DNA of 64,000 nt. Origin: Callorhinchus milii. Taxonomy: Eukaryota. The notes under the pieces were generated by a model. The model was not told the DNA's origin and made no database searches. It saw only the letters and a program-made list of their open reading frames with translations. Below, piece by piece: positions 1 to 12,140 of this stretch (positions are counted from its first letter, which is position 1; each line of letters opens with the position of its first letter). The stretch covers positions 90,336,001-90,400,000 of the forward strand of contig NW_024704743.1 of the NCBI RefSeq assembly GCF_018977255.1, given 5' to 3'. The translations under genes and the position numbers were made by a program.

Positions 1-41
1 TATAAAGCGAGTGCTCTAACCACTGAGTTACAGGACTCCAC
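1..41 (-). mobile_element. tRNA-derived SINE head (cut by window edge)
   Basis: Reverse complement TGGAGTCCTGTAACTCAGTGGTTAGAGCACTCGC, the same head as the other copies. Confidence 0.8.
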
Positions 42-738
42 GATATTATCCAATTCCCTTTTTAAAAGCTATTGTGGATTCCACATCAGCTACTGCTTTT
101 GATGGGGAAATCTATGTTTCTAGAAACCCGCTGTGTAGGAGAAATTCTCACCTCTCACTTTGTCTTTGACAATGATTTTAAATGTCTGCCCTCCAGTACA
201 ATGGGCCAGTGAAAATTGTTTCTCCCAAATTAGCATATCAACCACTCTCTCCTCCCCCAACCCTCCATGTAAATGCATGCCTTGATGTTTTGCAAAAAAA
301 ACTTGGAATTATTCATATAAAAAATTAAATAATTCAATCTCCTATCTTTTCACCTTCTCTCTTCTGTGCTTGAGTGTAAGTCCCATTGTTCTAGAGTTTT
401 TCTGACTATGTTAAACATATTATAAAGCTTCAGTTTACCTATTGTGATCTTGAATACTACAATAGGATCTCCCCTGTGCCTTCATGTGTTAGTATTAGCA
501 ATCCCAGCTCCACGGCCTCTCCTTGTAACTCAGGTGCCTAATTTGATTTACCAATCTAGTTGACCTTAGCTGTCCTTACTGTAATATATCATCAAAATTG
601 TTGGTATTACTCCACATGTGGTTGGAATAGTATTCTATACAAGTTCAAAATCTGTATCATTTAGTCATTCGTCATACCTCCTTGCTCTAACACTGAGGAA
701 ATCACTCCCGTATTTCTTTCATGTTAGAGCACTGAAGT

Positions 739-1115
739 CGTGGAATCCTGTAGCTTAGTGGTTAGAGAACTCGTCGGGCAAGCGAGAGGACCTGGGTTTG
801 ATTCCTGTGCAGGGTGAAATTTGGACAAGTTTCCTTACTCCACACCCCTCTGTTTACCTAGCAGTAAGTAGGAACCCAGTTGTTAGTCAATTGGCTTTTC
901 CAGAGGTAATAATCGCTTCAAAAAAATAATAATAATTTGGTGACTCGGTCCATAACTGTTTGTGGGACACTACTGTGCACAATTGGCTGCCGCGTTTCGC
1001 ACACAAAATATATAGCCAATTCACTTCACAGTATATTCTGTGAAGCGCTTTGAGTCGTCCCGAAGACGGGATAAGGTGCTATATCAAATGCAAGGATTAT
1101 TATTGTTGTTGTTGT
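739..1115 (+). mobile_element. tRNA-derived SINE (long subfamily, Deu-like 3' part, L2-like tail)
   Basis: A box TAGCTTAGTGG, B box GGTTTGATTCC, TGTGGGACAC..GTGCACAATTGGCTGCCGCG segment and (ATT/GTT)n tail. Confidence 0.85.
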
Positions 1116-1944
1116 ACTGTTCTGTAGTCTAAGCAGTCTGTTTATGTCACAAGAAGCACAATTGTACAGAGCACTCCAAGTGCAACACTGTACAGCATAG
1201 GTGTGATTTCTGCAAAACTGAATTCAACTGATTTGACAATGAAGCCCAACTTCTTGTTTGCAAAGGGATTTATCCTGTATTACTCGTACTTTGTCACGTG
1301 TCAACACCTTCACACTGTTAATTTGGGTATTGCCTTTTCAAAACCATCTGTGAAAGTTGGTCAGTACTCCCAGTAATAAAAGTATTATTATAAACAGTAC
1401 TCATGCTGGTTGTCATTAATTAGATTATTTCAGACCTCCACACACTGATGGTACATTTACTTCAATCATTAGAGCCGTCAGTTTATGATCCCAAATGTCA
1501 GGTCAGATTTTAATTGTGGTAGCCAAGCAAAGCACAATCTCAAGTGTAACTTTGTGTTAACTAAACAATTATAAATTACAGCAAATTATCATTCTCATCT
1601 TGTGAACTCCATTGTCAAATCATATAAATGGCATCCAACTTAAATCACGCTCAACGGAGTCAGAAAACTTTGATTGCAGCCATTTTACTGAATTGGTTAA
1701 TGTCCTTGATTTCTCCTGCAGCAACACCGGTTCTTTATGCTGTGCTCTTTCTTATGTGACTTTTACAGCAGCCTCTGGATGGTTATAAATGTCTAGTTAC
1801 AATAACTTTTCTCCAGGCCGCAGATGAAGGAAGAAAGTCAGTAGATGAAACCCTGCCCCAATTAAACACTCTGAAAAAAAAATCAAAATGTGACAATAAG
1901 ATGATAATTTTTTATCTGCAATCAAAAAAAACTTAAGCACAGTG

Positions 1945-2510
1945 GTCCAGAATGAAGTATTTGCAAATGAAGGCATGGTCAAAGAGGAAGGTCTTCATAT
2001 GGGACTTGAAGGAAGCAAGAGAGGGGGTGAGGAAGAGGGATTGTGGGATAGAGTTCCAGAGTGTGGGGCCAGAGATGGTGAATGCCCGCCCGCCCATGGT
2101 GGAGCGGGGGAAGTGCGAGGGAACTGAAGCAGGCCAGTGTCCGCCGAGTGGAGGGAGCAGACAGACTGATATGGAGTTATGAGGTTGGAGAGGTGGGGGG
2201 AGCAAGATCATGAAGAGCCTTGAAGGTATGAACGAGGGTTTTGTACTCGATTCTGAGAGGAATGGGAGCCAGTGAAGCTGGTCCAGAACATGGGTGATAG
2301 GTTTCCGGAGTCTGGTGCAGGAGAGGACACAAGCTGCAGAGTTCTGAATAATCTGCAGTTTTTGGAAGAAAAAGTTGGGAAGTCCAATAAGCAGGCAGTT
2401 GGCACAGTCATGCCGGGACGTAATGAAAGCGTGGATCAGGGTTTTCATCAGCTTGCAGTGAGAGACAGTGGCGGAGGTGGGCAATGTTGTGGAGGTGTGG
2501 AAAGGCTGAA
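1945..2510 (-). mobile_element. L2-clade LINE 3' fragment
   Basis: Degenerate ORF2 C-terminus: TLIHAFITSR.DC.N, LQIIQNSAA, LHWLP, GGRAF....PTLWNSIP, FKSHMKTFLF. Confidence 0.85.
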
Positions 2511-2709
2511 TGGGTCACAACTACATAGTCAAATACATTAAGATTATTAGGCAAAATTTACTATTTTAACTCATCATTCTTTACCTTCTTGAACATGAGA
2601 AAGAAATAAAAAATCAGAAGCTTCACAAGTCCAAACATTTGCATGAACATCTCCAAACACGTTACACACAACAGTTGTGAAGGAAGTAACATTATCCAAA
2701 ACAATGAAA

Positions 2710-3200
2710 AACAACAACTTACATTTATATAGCGCCCTTCACGTCGGGAGGATGCACTTCACAGCGGGGAGGCAACCGTAAGCACGATCAAAAAGAAAGG
2801 TCTTTTGGTGGAATTTGAAGGTGGGGAGGCAGGGAGCAAGGCGGAGGGATTAAGGGAGAGAATTCCAGAGTTTCGGGGCGCAGAGGCTAAAGACACAGCC
2901 ATCGATGGTGGAACCGAGGGCACGAGGTACAAACAGGAGGGCGGAGCCAGTTGAGCGGAGGCAGCAGGTGGTGGAGTGAGGGATAGGTAGGCAGGCCGGA
3001 TAGGTAGCGAGGTGTGAGGGCATGAAGAGATTTGAGAATGAGTGAGAGGATCATGAAATCAATCCGTTAGGTGATTGGGAGCCAATGGAGCCTGACTACG
3101 GCTGGTATGATAGCGGTGTGGAGTTTTGTGTGGGTGAGTATCTGGGTGGTGGAGTTTTGAATGAATTGGATTTTGTGTATGGTGGAGCTGGGGAGACCAA
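2710..3200 (-). mobile_element. L2-clade LINE 3' fragment (subfamily shared with 43815-44432)
   Basis: (AAC)n tail, conserved 3' motif GCGCC.TTCACGTCGGGA, and similarity to the copy at 43.8-44.4 kb. Confidence 0.75.
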
Positions 3201-3213
3201 TCACAATGTGTCA

Positions 3214-3745
3214 AAAAGTGAAACTACAGGAAGGATGTTAAGGCATTGGAAAGGGTACAGAGGAGATTTACAAGAATGGTACCAGGAATGAAGGACCTTG
3301 ATTATGAGGAAAGGCGAGAGAGGCTGGGATTATTCTCATTGGAACAGAAAAGGTTACGAGGAGACCTAATAGAGGTCTTCAAAATCATGAGAGGATTTGA
3401 TAGGGTAGAAAGAGAAAATCTGTTTCCACTGGTGGGTGTGTCGGTGACTCGAGGTCACAGATTCAAAATAGTATCTAAAAGGAGCAGAGGGGAGGTGAGA
3501 AGAAATTTTTTCACACAGCGAGTTGTTCGAATCTGGAACACATTGCCTGAAAGCGTGGTCGAGGCCGATTCGATAACAACTTTTAAAAACGCGGTGGACG
3601 GGTATTTGAGGAGGACGGGTTTGCAGGGTTATGGGGAAAGGGCTGGGGAGTGGGATTAACATTACATTGCTCTTTTCAAAGAGCCGGCACAGACTCAATG
3701 GGCCGAATGGCCTCTTTTTATGCTGTACGATTCTATGCTTCTATG
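3214..3745 (+). mobile_element. CR1-clade LINE 3' fragment
   Basis: ERVQRRFTRMVPG..LGLFSLEQKRLRGDLIEVFKIM..TRGH..FFTQRVVRIWN; 3'UTR ATGGGCCGAATGGCCTC and (TTCTATG)n tail. Confidence 0.93.
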
Positions 3746-5091
3746 AAACGTGAGCTTCTAATTTTATTTCAATCCACAATGTTGATCTATAAAACAATCA
3801 CGAGAGTTGATCTACTATAAAGCCAGTCAGTAGCAATGCAAGTGCCTTCTTACCTGCCAGTCAGGTATAGACTAGAATTGTTTTGATGTAATTGTTTCTA
3901 ATAGGTTCTTAAAATGGTGCCCACACATACTTCTAGACTGAGGATCAATCACCTAGGACTAACATATTCCGGTAGAATTGCAGAATAATGAATAAATGGG
4001 AGGGAATTAAAAGGTAGTGATCCCATAACAGGGTTCAAATGACGTTAAAGAGAGCAAAGTTGAAGCAGTTTGTAACCATTAGCTGAATCAGGAGGTAAGA
4101 TTACAGTCTGGAGATCATTGTAATGATCAGTTACTCTTTCTACAGTGCATAGTGGTGAAATTTGCGATGTATTCCTGTGGCAATTATCAAAAAAATGAGT
4201 TACGAAACCTAATAATTTCTTACTGCTTGATAATTTACACCACCCTGCACTTACCTTAAGTTAGTTTCCCCTTCTGCTGGATTCAAAATTCTGTCTCTAA
4301 GACTGCAAGTCACATTAGAACAGTGTCATATTAAAGTGGCAATGCAATGTTCCTGAGTCAGCATGAAGACAACCAATCTGAAGGGGTGGGAGGGGGGGAA
4401 TAGTGGAGGAAGTTCATTATCGAAACGTAGGAAAATTACAGTCTTTCATAATTATCGCAAGGAATACATTATGAAACACTGCAAACACTGGGGTTTAGTC
4501 CCACATCAGGACTTTGAATTCACCGCAGAACAGAGCTGGAGATGCAGTTTTTCCTTAGCACAGCAATATTTTCAGTGATTTTTTTGTTTTGAGAATTATT
4601 TATTAAACAAAATTCAGTTTACCACTCAGTGTTAGGAATGTACACTTATAATGGAAATCTTATTGACATTCATGCCAACAAAGTCTCTTAAGCTATTTTT
4701 ATTGTAATATTGTCAGTGAAGTCGCTTAGCTCCCAACATAATAGCAATTAAAAATGGGAAGTCTAACTTTAAACTCTAACTTCACAACACTTGGAATCAG
4801 AACCAAAACAAACAGAATGCTTGTCTCTATAATATCTTTAAAGATATTCTTTGGTAACTTTTTTTTAAAAAATTCCATTCAAAGTCTCTGGGCCATTTTA
4901 AGGGGTCTCAGTGTGATCTACAGGTGGCATTTTCATACTTTGCCTACAAAGTATTGTCATTACGCTTCACAATAAATGTAATCACTTTGAAACATTTCAA
5001 CAACGGGATACAGTGCTGTATGAAACTCAAGGATTATTATTTTATTTAATAGCCAGCCATTACTTCCAGGAATTTGGTCAACAAGTCCTTT

Positions 5092-6020
5092 CAACAACAA
5101 CAACAACAAGATTTCATTTATAGAGCACCTTTCACGTCGGGAGGACGTCCCAAGGCGCTGGACAGTTGGGTTGGGACCCGAGCAGGGGGGGAAATGGTCA
5201 GGGTGAGGGGAGGGAAGGGAGGGAGCGAGGAGGGGGTAGAGAGTCGAGAGGGGAGCTGAAGGCTCGGTCAAAGAGAAAGGTCTTGAGACCGGCCTTGAAG
5301 GAGGAAAGGGAGGAAGCGGCGAAGGCACTGGGGGATAGAGTTCCAGAGCCTCGGGGCTGAGAGGCTCAAGGCCCGGCCACCGATGGTAGGGCGGTTGGGG
5401 CGGGGGATATGGAGCAGACCGGAGTCAGAGGAACGGAGGGTACGGGCAGGAAGGTAGGGGGATAGTAGGTCGGAGAGGTAGGAGGGAGCGAGGCCGTAAA
5501 TGACCTTGTAGGTGAGGATGAGGACCTTGAATTCGATCCTGTGGGGGATGGGGAGCCAGTGGAGGCGAGCGAGGGTGGGAGTGATGTGGTCACGAAGCCT
5601 GGTGCGGGACAGTACACGAGCTGCAGAGTTCTGAATGACCTGCAGCTTGTGGAGGGAGGTGCCGGGAAGGCTGGGAGGAGAGAGTTCCCATAGTCCAGCC
5701 TTGAGGTGATAAAGGTGTGGACCAGAGTTTCAGCAGCGTGAGGGGTGAGGTAGTGCCGTAGTCTGGCGATATTCCGGAGTTGATGGAAAGCGGTGCCAGT
5801 CATGGCGTGGATATGAGGGAGAAAGGACAGCTCAGGGTCGAACAGAATATGTAGGTTCCAGACCGGCTTTGAGAGGTGGAGAGTGCAGCCTTGGATGCTG
5901 ATGCTGTTAGCGCCTGAGGTGCGGAGATGCTGACGCGAGCCAATCAGGAGGGCCTCAGTTTTGCGCACGTTGAGCTGAAGAAAGTTGTCTCTCGTCCAGG
6001 ACTCGATGTCAAACAGGCAA
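5092..6020 (-). mobile_element. Young L2-clade LINE 3' fragment
   Basis: KTEALLIG...LRNIARLRHYLT..AETLVHTFITSRLDYGNSLL; (CAA)n tail; near-identical to copies at 21.1 and 58.1 kb. Confidence 0.92.
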
Positions 6021-7604
6021 GCCCTACAGATGCCCTACTTGGGATGCCCTACAGATGTGAAAGGCGCGATACAAATGTAATTTGTTGTTGATGATTAAGT
6101 CGCCATGATTGCAATCAAGCTACAATCCTTTTTATTTCAGCTCTGAAGCTTTGCCTACTCTCTGAACCAAATTCTTAGAAAGCTTACTCCATCCTTAATT
6201 TAAACTGTAGAGAGCTACGACATACCATTAATGAGTGAAAATAGAGCCAGTGACCTTCCCCAGGCAAAGCACCCTGGTGCCATAGCATACAGCAAATGCA
6301 GCAAATACATATTACAAAGGATGTTTCAGTTCATTGATGTATTCAGCATTAACAATTAACATGAAAACTTTAAATAAAATCACATTAAATAATCAGATCT
6401 GTGACCACGATTTGCTACTCAATTAAAAATTAATTTTAAGCTGTTAGAAATTTTTGGTAGGTCAAACGATTGTTCCCTCATGTAAACAAATAAATTTAAC
6501 AAATAACTTCAGTACATTCTGTTCATCATGTATGCATTCAGCAGGCCTGACAGTTATTACTGGTGACAACAAAATAAGAGGATGAGACTTTCCACTCCTG
6601 CATATGTCTTAATCTTTGAAGTTACCCCTGAAGTAGTACTGAACCGACTAGTGGTGCCTTTGATCTGTTGCTGTGCAGATTCCAGAATTTCAGTCCTAGT
6701 TTGGCGAACATTGGCTAAATTTCTGCTAAATTTCCAGAGCTCCACATCCAATCCCATGTTGAAAAATGTCAGCACCGGAATGACCAGAACCGGCCGACCT
6801 TCCACAATTCACTTTCCAAGTAACAACAGAACAATGAACAGGGCTACTGTGGGGGTAAAGTTACCTGTTGGTCAGACACACCTCCCAAACTCTGCAAGAA
6901 TTATTTGGTTAGTGCTCATCACAAAAAATATATTTCTAATGATGGTTCATGTATGTAGGAAAGTCTGGTGCCATCACTAAATGTGCCCGGTGAGATCAAG
7001 CCATCTCCGCCTGCTGGATATACCTGCACGCATGCACACAAAGACCCTATGACATAAATAAATACACACAATATATATCCGTATATACATCCACAACATA
7101 CAGATACATACACATACATAACTGTAACTCATGATATATACGTACACAACATATACACTAACACAAACAAACACAGGACAGGCACAAACCTATAACAACA
7201 ACAACAAATTACAACTGTATAGCATCCTTCACATCAGAAAGACGTCCCTGGGCGCTGGATACCCATGACATGCATGCAACAAACTAATACACACCCACAC
7301 AATATGCTAGCGCAAACCATTTGTTGTTTCTATTTTTATACTCCATTGTCTTGGAACAATAAGATGATTCACAGCTCAGTCGAAGTGAGTCATCTTTCAG
7401 CATACATTTCAACTGAAAATAGTGTACTTTGGAACTGAAACAAGTTTTAATAAAAGGTGTGTGTAGTCCAAGAGCAGAATTAGTGTTCTGCTAATGTTAA
7501 CACTGAACCAATCTTGTTCTGCTCTCGCCAGCACCTTCTAAGCTGTGGCTCCGACTATCATCTCTAATTCTGTGTAAAAGCTGTTGTACAAGAATGCCAA
7601 AACA

Positions 7605-8180
7605 GAAGAACATAAGAAATGCTAGACGAAAAAAGACAAAGGTCCACCTTGTCCGCCTTCCACCTTCCTGGCGGTCGTATGCACATGTATCCCAAACTAT
7701 CTGTGTGCTATATCCTACAATGTTATTTCCTAAAAGTAAACAATCTAATTTGTGTTTGAAAGAATCAACATTTCCTGCTTCAACCGTCTCCCTAGGGAGC
7801 CTGTTCCATAGGTTTACTATTCGTTCACTGAAACAGTGTTTGCATAGATTTGTTCTGAATTTATCCCCCTTCAATCGTAGGCCATGTCCTCTGGTTCTAC
7901 TATTCTGAACAAGTTGAAACAGCCTGTCATGATCTATATTGTTTCGCCTCTTTCAAATCTTAAAGATAGCAATCATGTCGCCTCTCAATCTTCTCTTTTC
8001 CAGCGTGAACATGCCCAATTTACTTAGTTGCTCCTCATAGTCCAGTCCTTCCATTCCCTCAATCATTTTGGTTACCCTACTCTGTATCTTCTCGATTTCT
8101 CCAATATCCTTTTTGTACTGCGCCGCCCAGAACTGTACACAGTACTCTAAGTATGGTCTCACCAATAATTTATATGTAAC
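7605..8180 (-). mobile_element. CR1-clade LINE 3' fragment
   Basis: YKLLVRPYLEYCVQFW..KKDI..EKIQ.R.TKMI..LEKRRLRGDMI; FSERIVNLWNRLP. Confidence 0.88.
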
Positions 8181-8984
8181 AGTAACAGATATACGAATAT
8201 GTAACAGATACTTGAAGTCTACAGAAATGTAAACCCTGTGTAACTTCACAATCTAAAATTATTTTTTTCACAAATTTTCTCTTCCAATTTTCTCTCTCCC
8301 TCCCCTCTTTCTCTTGAAGGCGCTTGATTCCCTCCTGTTGCGAAGGAGGTTCACAGGTGGCCCTTCAATATTTCACTGAAGTGACCATTATTTAAATGAG
8401 ATTTGACAACAAGTGTAAGTAATCTTCAATCACAGGGGGCATTGCAAACCAAATCTTATACTATTATCACCCAGTTTACTTTCCAGCTCCGGATAGTGAT
8501 CAGAGGAGGAACAGCTGGCCGATTTAACCCTCCCTAGCCCAGAGGAACTGAGCCCAACTGTAGTCCCCCAACAGCTGTCCGGCTCATAACACCCAATTCA
8601 ATCAGACAGGGATATGAGCCTGCAACCGTGATGAGTCAGTCTGTATGACAGCGCATTTATGAGCTTTATCAAAGCACGCAATTTATATTCCTCCAAAAAT
8701 GCATGCCAATATTGTAATTACCCGTAAGCAAGCAACTCAGACCTTATTAACAATTCAGTGCTAAATTGTGGTGCGTGAAAGCCCTTTGTAGTTTGCCTAG
8801 TTACTGGGTAACTGTATGATTGATATAAAAGTGCAGTTACTGTATACATGAATGAGCAAGTGTATAATCTCAGTGCAGCTCTAGAGAATTGTGATCGATG
8901 GAGTTCCTGATAGTGAGCAGTAGCTCTTAAACGTTGTATGAGAGAATAATAATAACAATAATAATTGTTCAAATTATTCTCAAA

Positions 8985-9842
8985 TTACCAACCCATCTCC
9001 AACCTCCCTTTCCTTTCAAGGTCCTGGAACAAGTCGTTGCTTCCCAGCTTTGTTACTTTCTCTCCCACCACTCCCTTCACAAATCCCTCCAATCGGTTTC
9101 CATGCCGCACACAGCACAGAAATAGCCCTGGACAAAGTTACAAATGACATTTTGTCCATCTGCGACCAGGGCTCCCTCTGCCTCCTCGTCCTCCTTGACC
9201 TCTGCACTGCCTTCGATACCACTGACCACTCTATCCTTCTCCACTGCCTCTCCTGTTACCTCAACTTTCATGTTCTGTCCTTGAATAGTTCCGATCCTAC
9301 CTCTCACACCATCTCCACTTCATCTCCTCTAGCCCCGCACTGTCTCATGCAACATTCCTCAGGCTCTGTACTTGGTCCCCTCCTCTTCATTATCTATATG
9401 CTCCCTCTTAGTGACATCATCCGCAGACACGGGGTCAACTTCCATATGTATGCGATGACATCCAACTCCTTCTCTCTGCCTACACCCTCCTCTCCAGGAT
9501 CACTGCTGTCCTGACAGAATGTCTGTCCGACATCAAGTCCTGGATGAGAGCTAACTTTCTTCAGTTGAACATCAACAAGACCGAGCCTTCAGCCACTCTG
9601 CCCCCACCCTCTGGAACTCCATCCTGCAGTCCCTTGACCTTGTCCCTCCCCCTGCCTCCTTCAAGACCCTTCTCAAGATACTCCTCTTCGACCGTGCCTT
9701 CGTTCACCCTCCTTCCCACCCTGCCCTGCACCCTCCCCGATCCCAACCCTCAGCTCAGGTCTGAAACACTTATTGTCCAGTACCTTGGGAAGTCCTCCCG
9801 ATGTGAAAGGCGCTATATGAATGTAATTTTGTTGTTGTTGTA
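8985..9842 (+). mobile_element. L2-clade LINE fragment (RT region joined to 3' end, internally deleted)
   Basis: Y.PISNLPFL, HSTE.AL.KVTNDIL, LVLLDL..AFDT.DH.ILL, GSVLGPLLF.IYMLPL; (TTG)n tail. Confidence 0.85.
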
Positions 9843-11429
9843 ATTCTTACATTTGACATAGCGTCTTTTCATGTCCTCAAGACATCTCAAAGCACTTCAC
9901 ACAATGCCAGCCAGTTCCCATGTTACAAAATGGCATTGCATATGCACAGTTGATCATTGTGGTGTGTTAGCTTGCCTTGGCTGTCCACAGGCTCAGTGAA
10001 TGGGGTGCAACCTTAACAATGTTTTAACCATAAATAAACCTATAAAGAGCGATATAACCGGGCTGAACTGAACAACAACTTGTGTTTATATGAGCACCTT
10101 CACTCGGGATAGCATCTTGGAGCGCTGCAGAATAGCAGAGTTGGACACTGAGTGAGGCAGAGGGGTAAGGTGATCATGTGTGCGGTCAAAGAGGATCTTG
10201 CAACTTCAATTTAGTAACTCAAATGTACTGGAGGATGACCTTTGACGCTCTCCGCAACAACAAAGTGGTCTCAATGGTCATGCATGGGAAGGTAAGCCCG
10301 AGTGCTGCCTCTTTGATTGCCAGCTTTGACTGGCAGTTAGCAACACAGTTGATGTATTCAGTAAACCCATTTGTCCCATCAACACCAGTCAAGTACTTTG
10401 ATTCCTGAGCCAGAAGTCAAATGCATAATTCAGCTTCACAGACATTGTCACCGAGAAAGTGTTGGGAAGGTTGAAGGGATCCACATATCCGTGAGCAAAT
10501 CCGATTACAACTGGAATTGATAGGTTATGAATTACTCATTTAACTTCTTGTGATACCTTTTCCTCCTTCCCAGTTTGTGAATAGCCCGTTCTGGATGTTC
10601 AGTGTCAGTGCAAGTGTACAAGGAAGGTTTTTGATCACAACAGTAAGCTGAAACCACGGCACTGACTGCATAGAGGTTTTCAGATCTCCATGTTTAATAC
10701 AAATGTTGAGCAGGCAAAAATTGTAGCTCTCATCACATCACTCATTCCAAATATGTCATTGCATATTTGGAAGAGGGAAGAAATTCAACATTTGGCCTGG
10801 GGAGAGGGAGAGAGAGTCAAACCCCACCTTCCCCGTAACTGTTTTCGGCCGCACCTTTGGTTGGTGTGATAATCATCACCAATATCAATATCACATTTTG
10901 ACCATTTACATTTCAAAAACAAACTTGTGAGCCACCGCAGGCAGTTAAAGACAAAGAAGGAAAGTCAGCATTTTGAATCAAAAGTTCACTTATACTAAAA
11001 GAACAAAGTATAAATAAAATATAGATGGGGAAAAATGCCATCAGTTTTCCACTGAAATTCATTTAGGATTGGCGTTATAACTTTAAGAGCATTTTGATGA
11101 TTTAGGAGTGTTCCATGGTAACTTGACACAATAACAACTGGATTTATACAGTGATCTTCACACAGAGTAACGTATTAAAAGTAAATCACAGAGATGGTGC
11201 CAGATACCAAGCAGGAAGAATGGTGGAGGATAGTGGAGAGATGTAACCACAGGCACGGTGGAAGAGGTAAATTTTTTGAGGAAGCTTTTAACGACAGATA
11301 ACGAGGGGGCAGGTGAAGGCAGAGAGGGAGAGAGAGTAAAGACATAGTGGTTGAATACTGAGCAGACAACGAACATGCAACAGGCCCAGGTTTGCCGAGT
11401 GGAAGGGTAAGCACATGTGTGAGGCTGGA

Positions 11430-12140
11430 GACAACAATAACAAAATTACATTTGTATAGCGCCTTTCACGTCGGGAGGACATCCCAAAGCGCTGGACAGA
11501 CAGGGTTACGGACCCGAGCTGAGGGTCAGGATGGGGGAGGGGGGAGGGAAGCAGGGAGATCGAAAGCATGGTCGAAGAGGAGGGTTTTGAAGGTGGCGAG
11601 GGAGGGGGCGAGACGAGGGACTGCTGGATGGAGTTCCAGAGGGTGGGGGCAGAGTGGCGGATGGCCCGCCCATTAATAGTGGGGGGAGCAAGGCATAGGA
11701 CGTGAAGCAGGCCGGAGACAGCTGAGCGGAGGGAGTGAGCAGGGTGTTAGGGGGTTAGAAGGTCGGAGAGGTAGGGAGGAGCAAAACTGTGGAGGGCTTT
11801 GAAGGTGAGGCCCAGGATCTTGAACTGTATCCTCTGTGTGATGGGAAGCCAGTGGAGTCGAGTGACGATGGGGGTGATAGGGTCACAGAGCCTGGTGCAG
11901 GAGACAACACGGGCTGCAGAGTTCTGGATGATCTGCAACCTGTGGAGGGAGGAGTTGGGGAGGCCGACAAGCAGCGAGTTTGCATAGTTGAGCCTCGATG
12001 TAATGAAGACATGTGTGAGGGTTTCAGCAGCCTGCGGTGTGAGACAGTGTCGGAGCCGGGCGACGTTGCGGAGGTGGGGGAAGGCAGAGCAGGTCTTGGC
12101 GCAGATGTGGGTAGAAAGGATAGTTTCAATCACAGAGGCA
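11430..12140 (-). mobile_element. L2-clade LINE 3' fragment
   Basis: HLRNVARLR..AETLTHVFITSRLNYANSLL..LQIIQNSAAR..LHWLPI.QRIQFKIL; 3' tail. Confidence 0.88.

Noticed and set aside
1680..1710. FTELVNVL peptide resembling the mammalian RIMS2 alternative exon (ITELVNNVL)
   Set aside because: It is on the plus strand, opposite to RIMS2, with no flanking similarity; treated as coincidence.
6557..6980. 132-aa (+) and 82-aa (-) ORFs
   Set aside because: No recognisable protein similarity. Only the 27-nt microexon candidate inside is retained.
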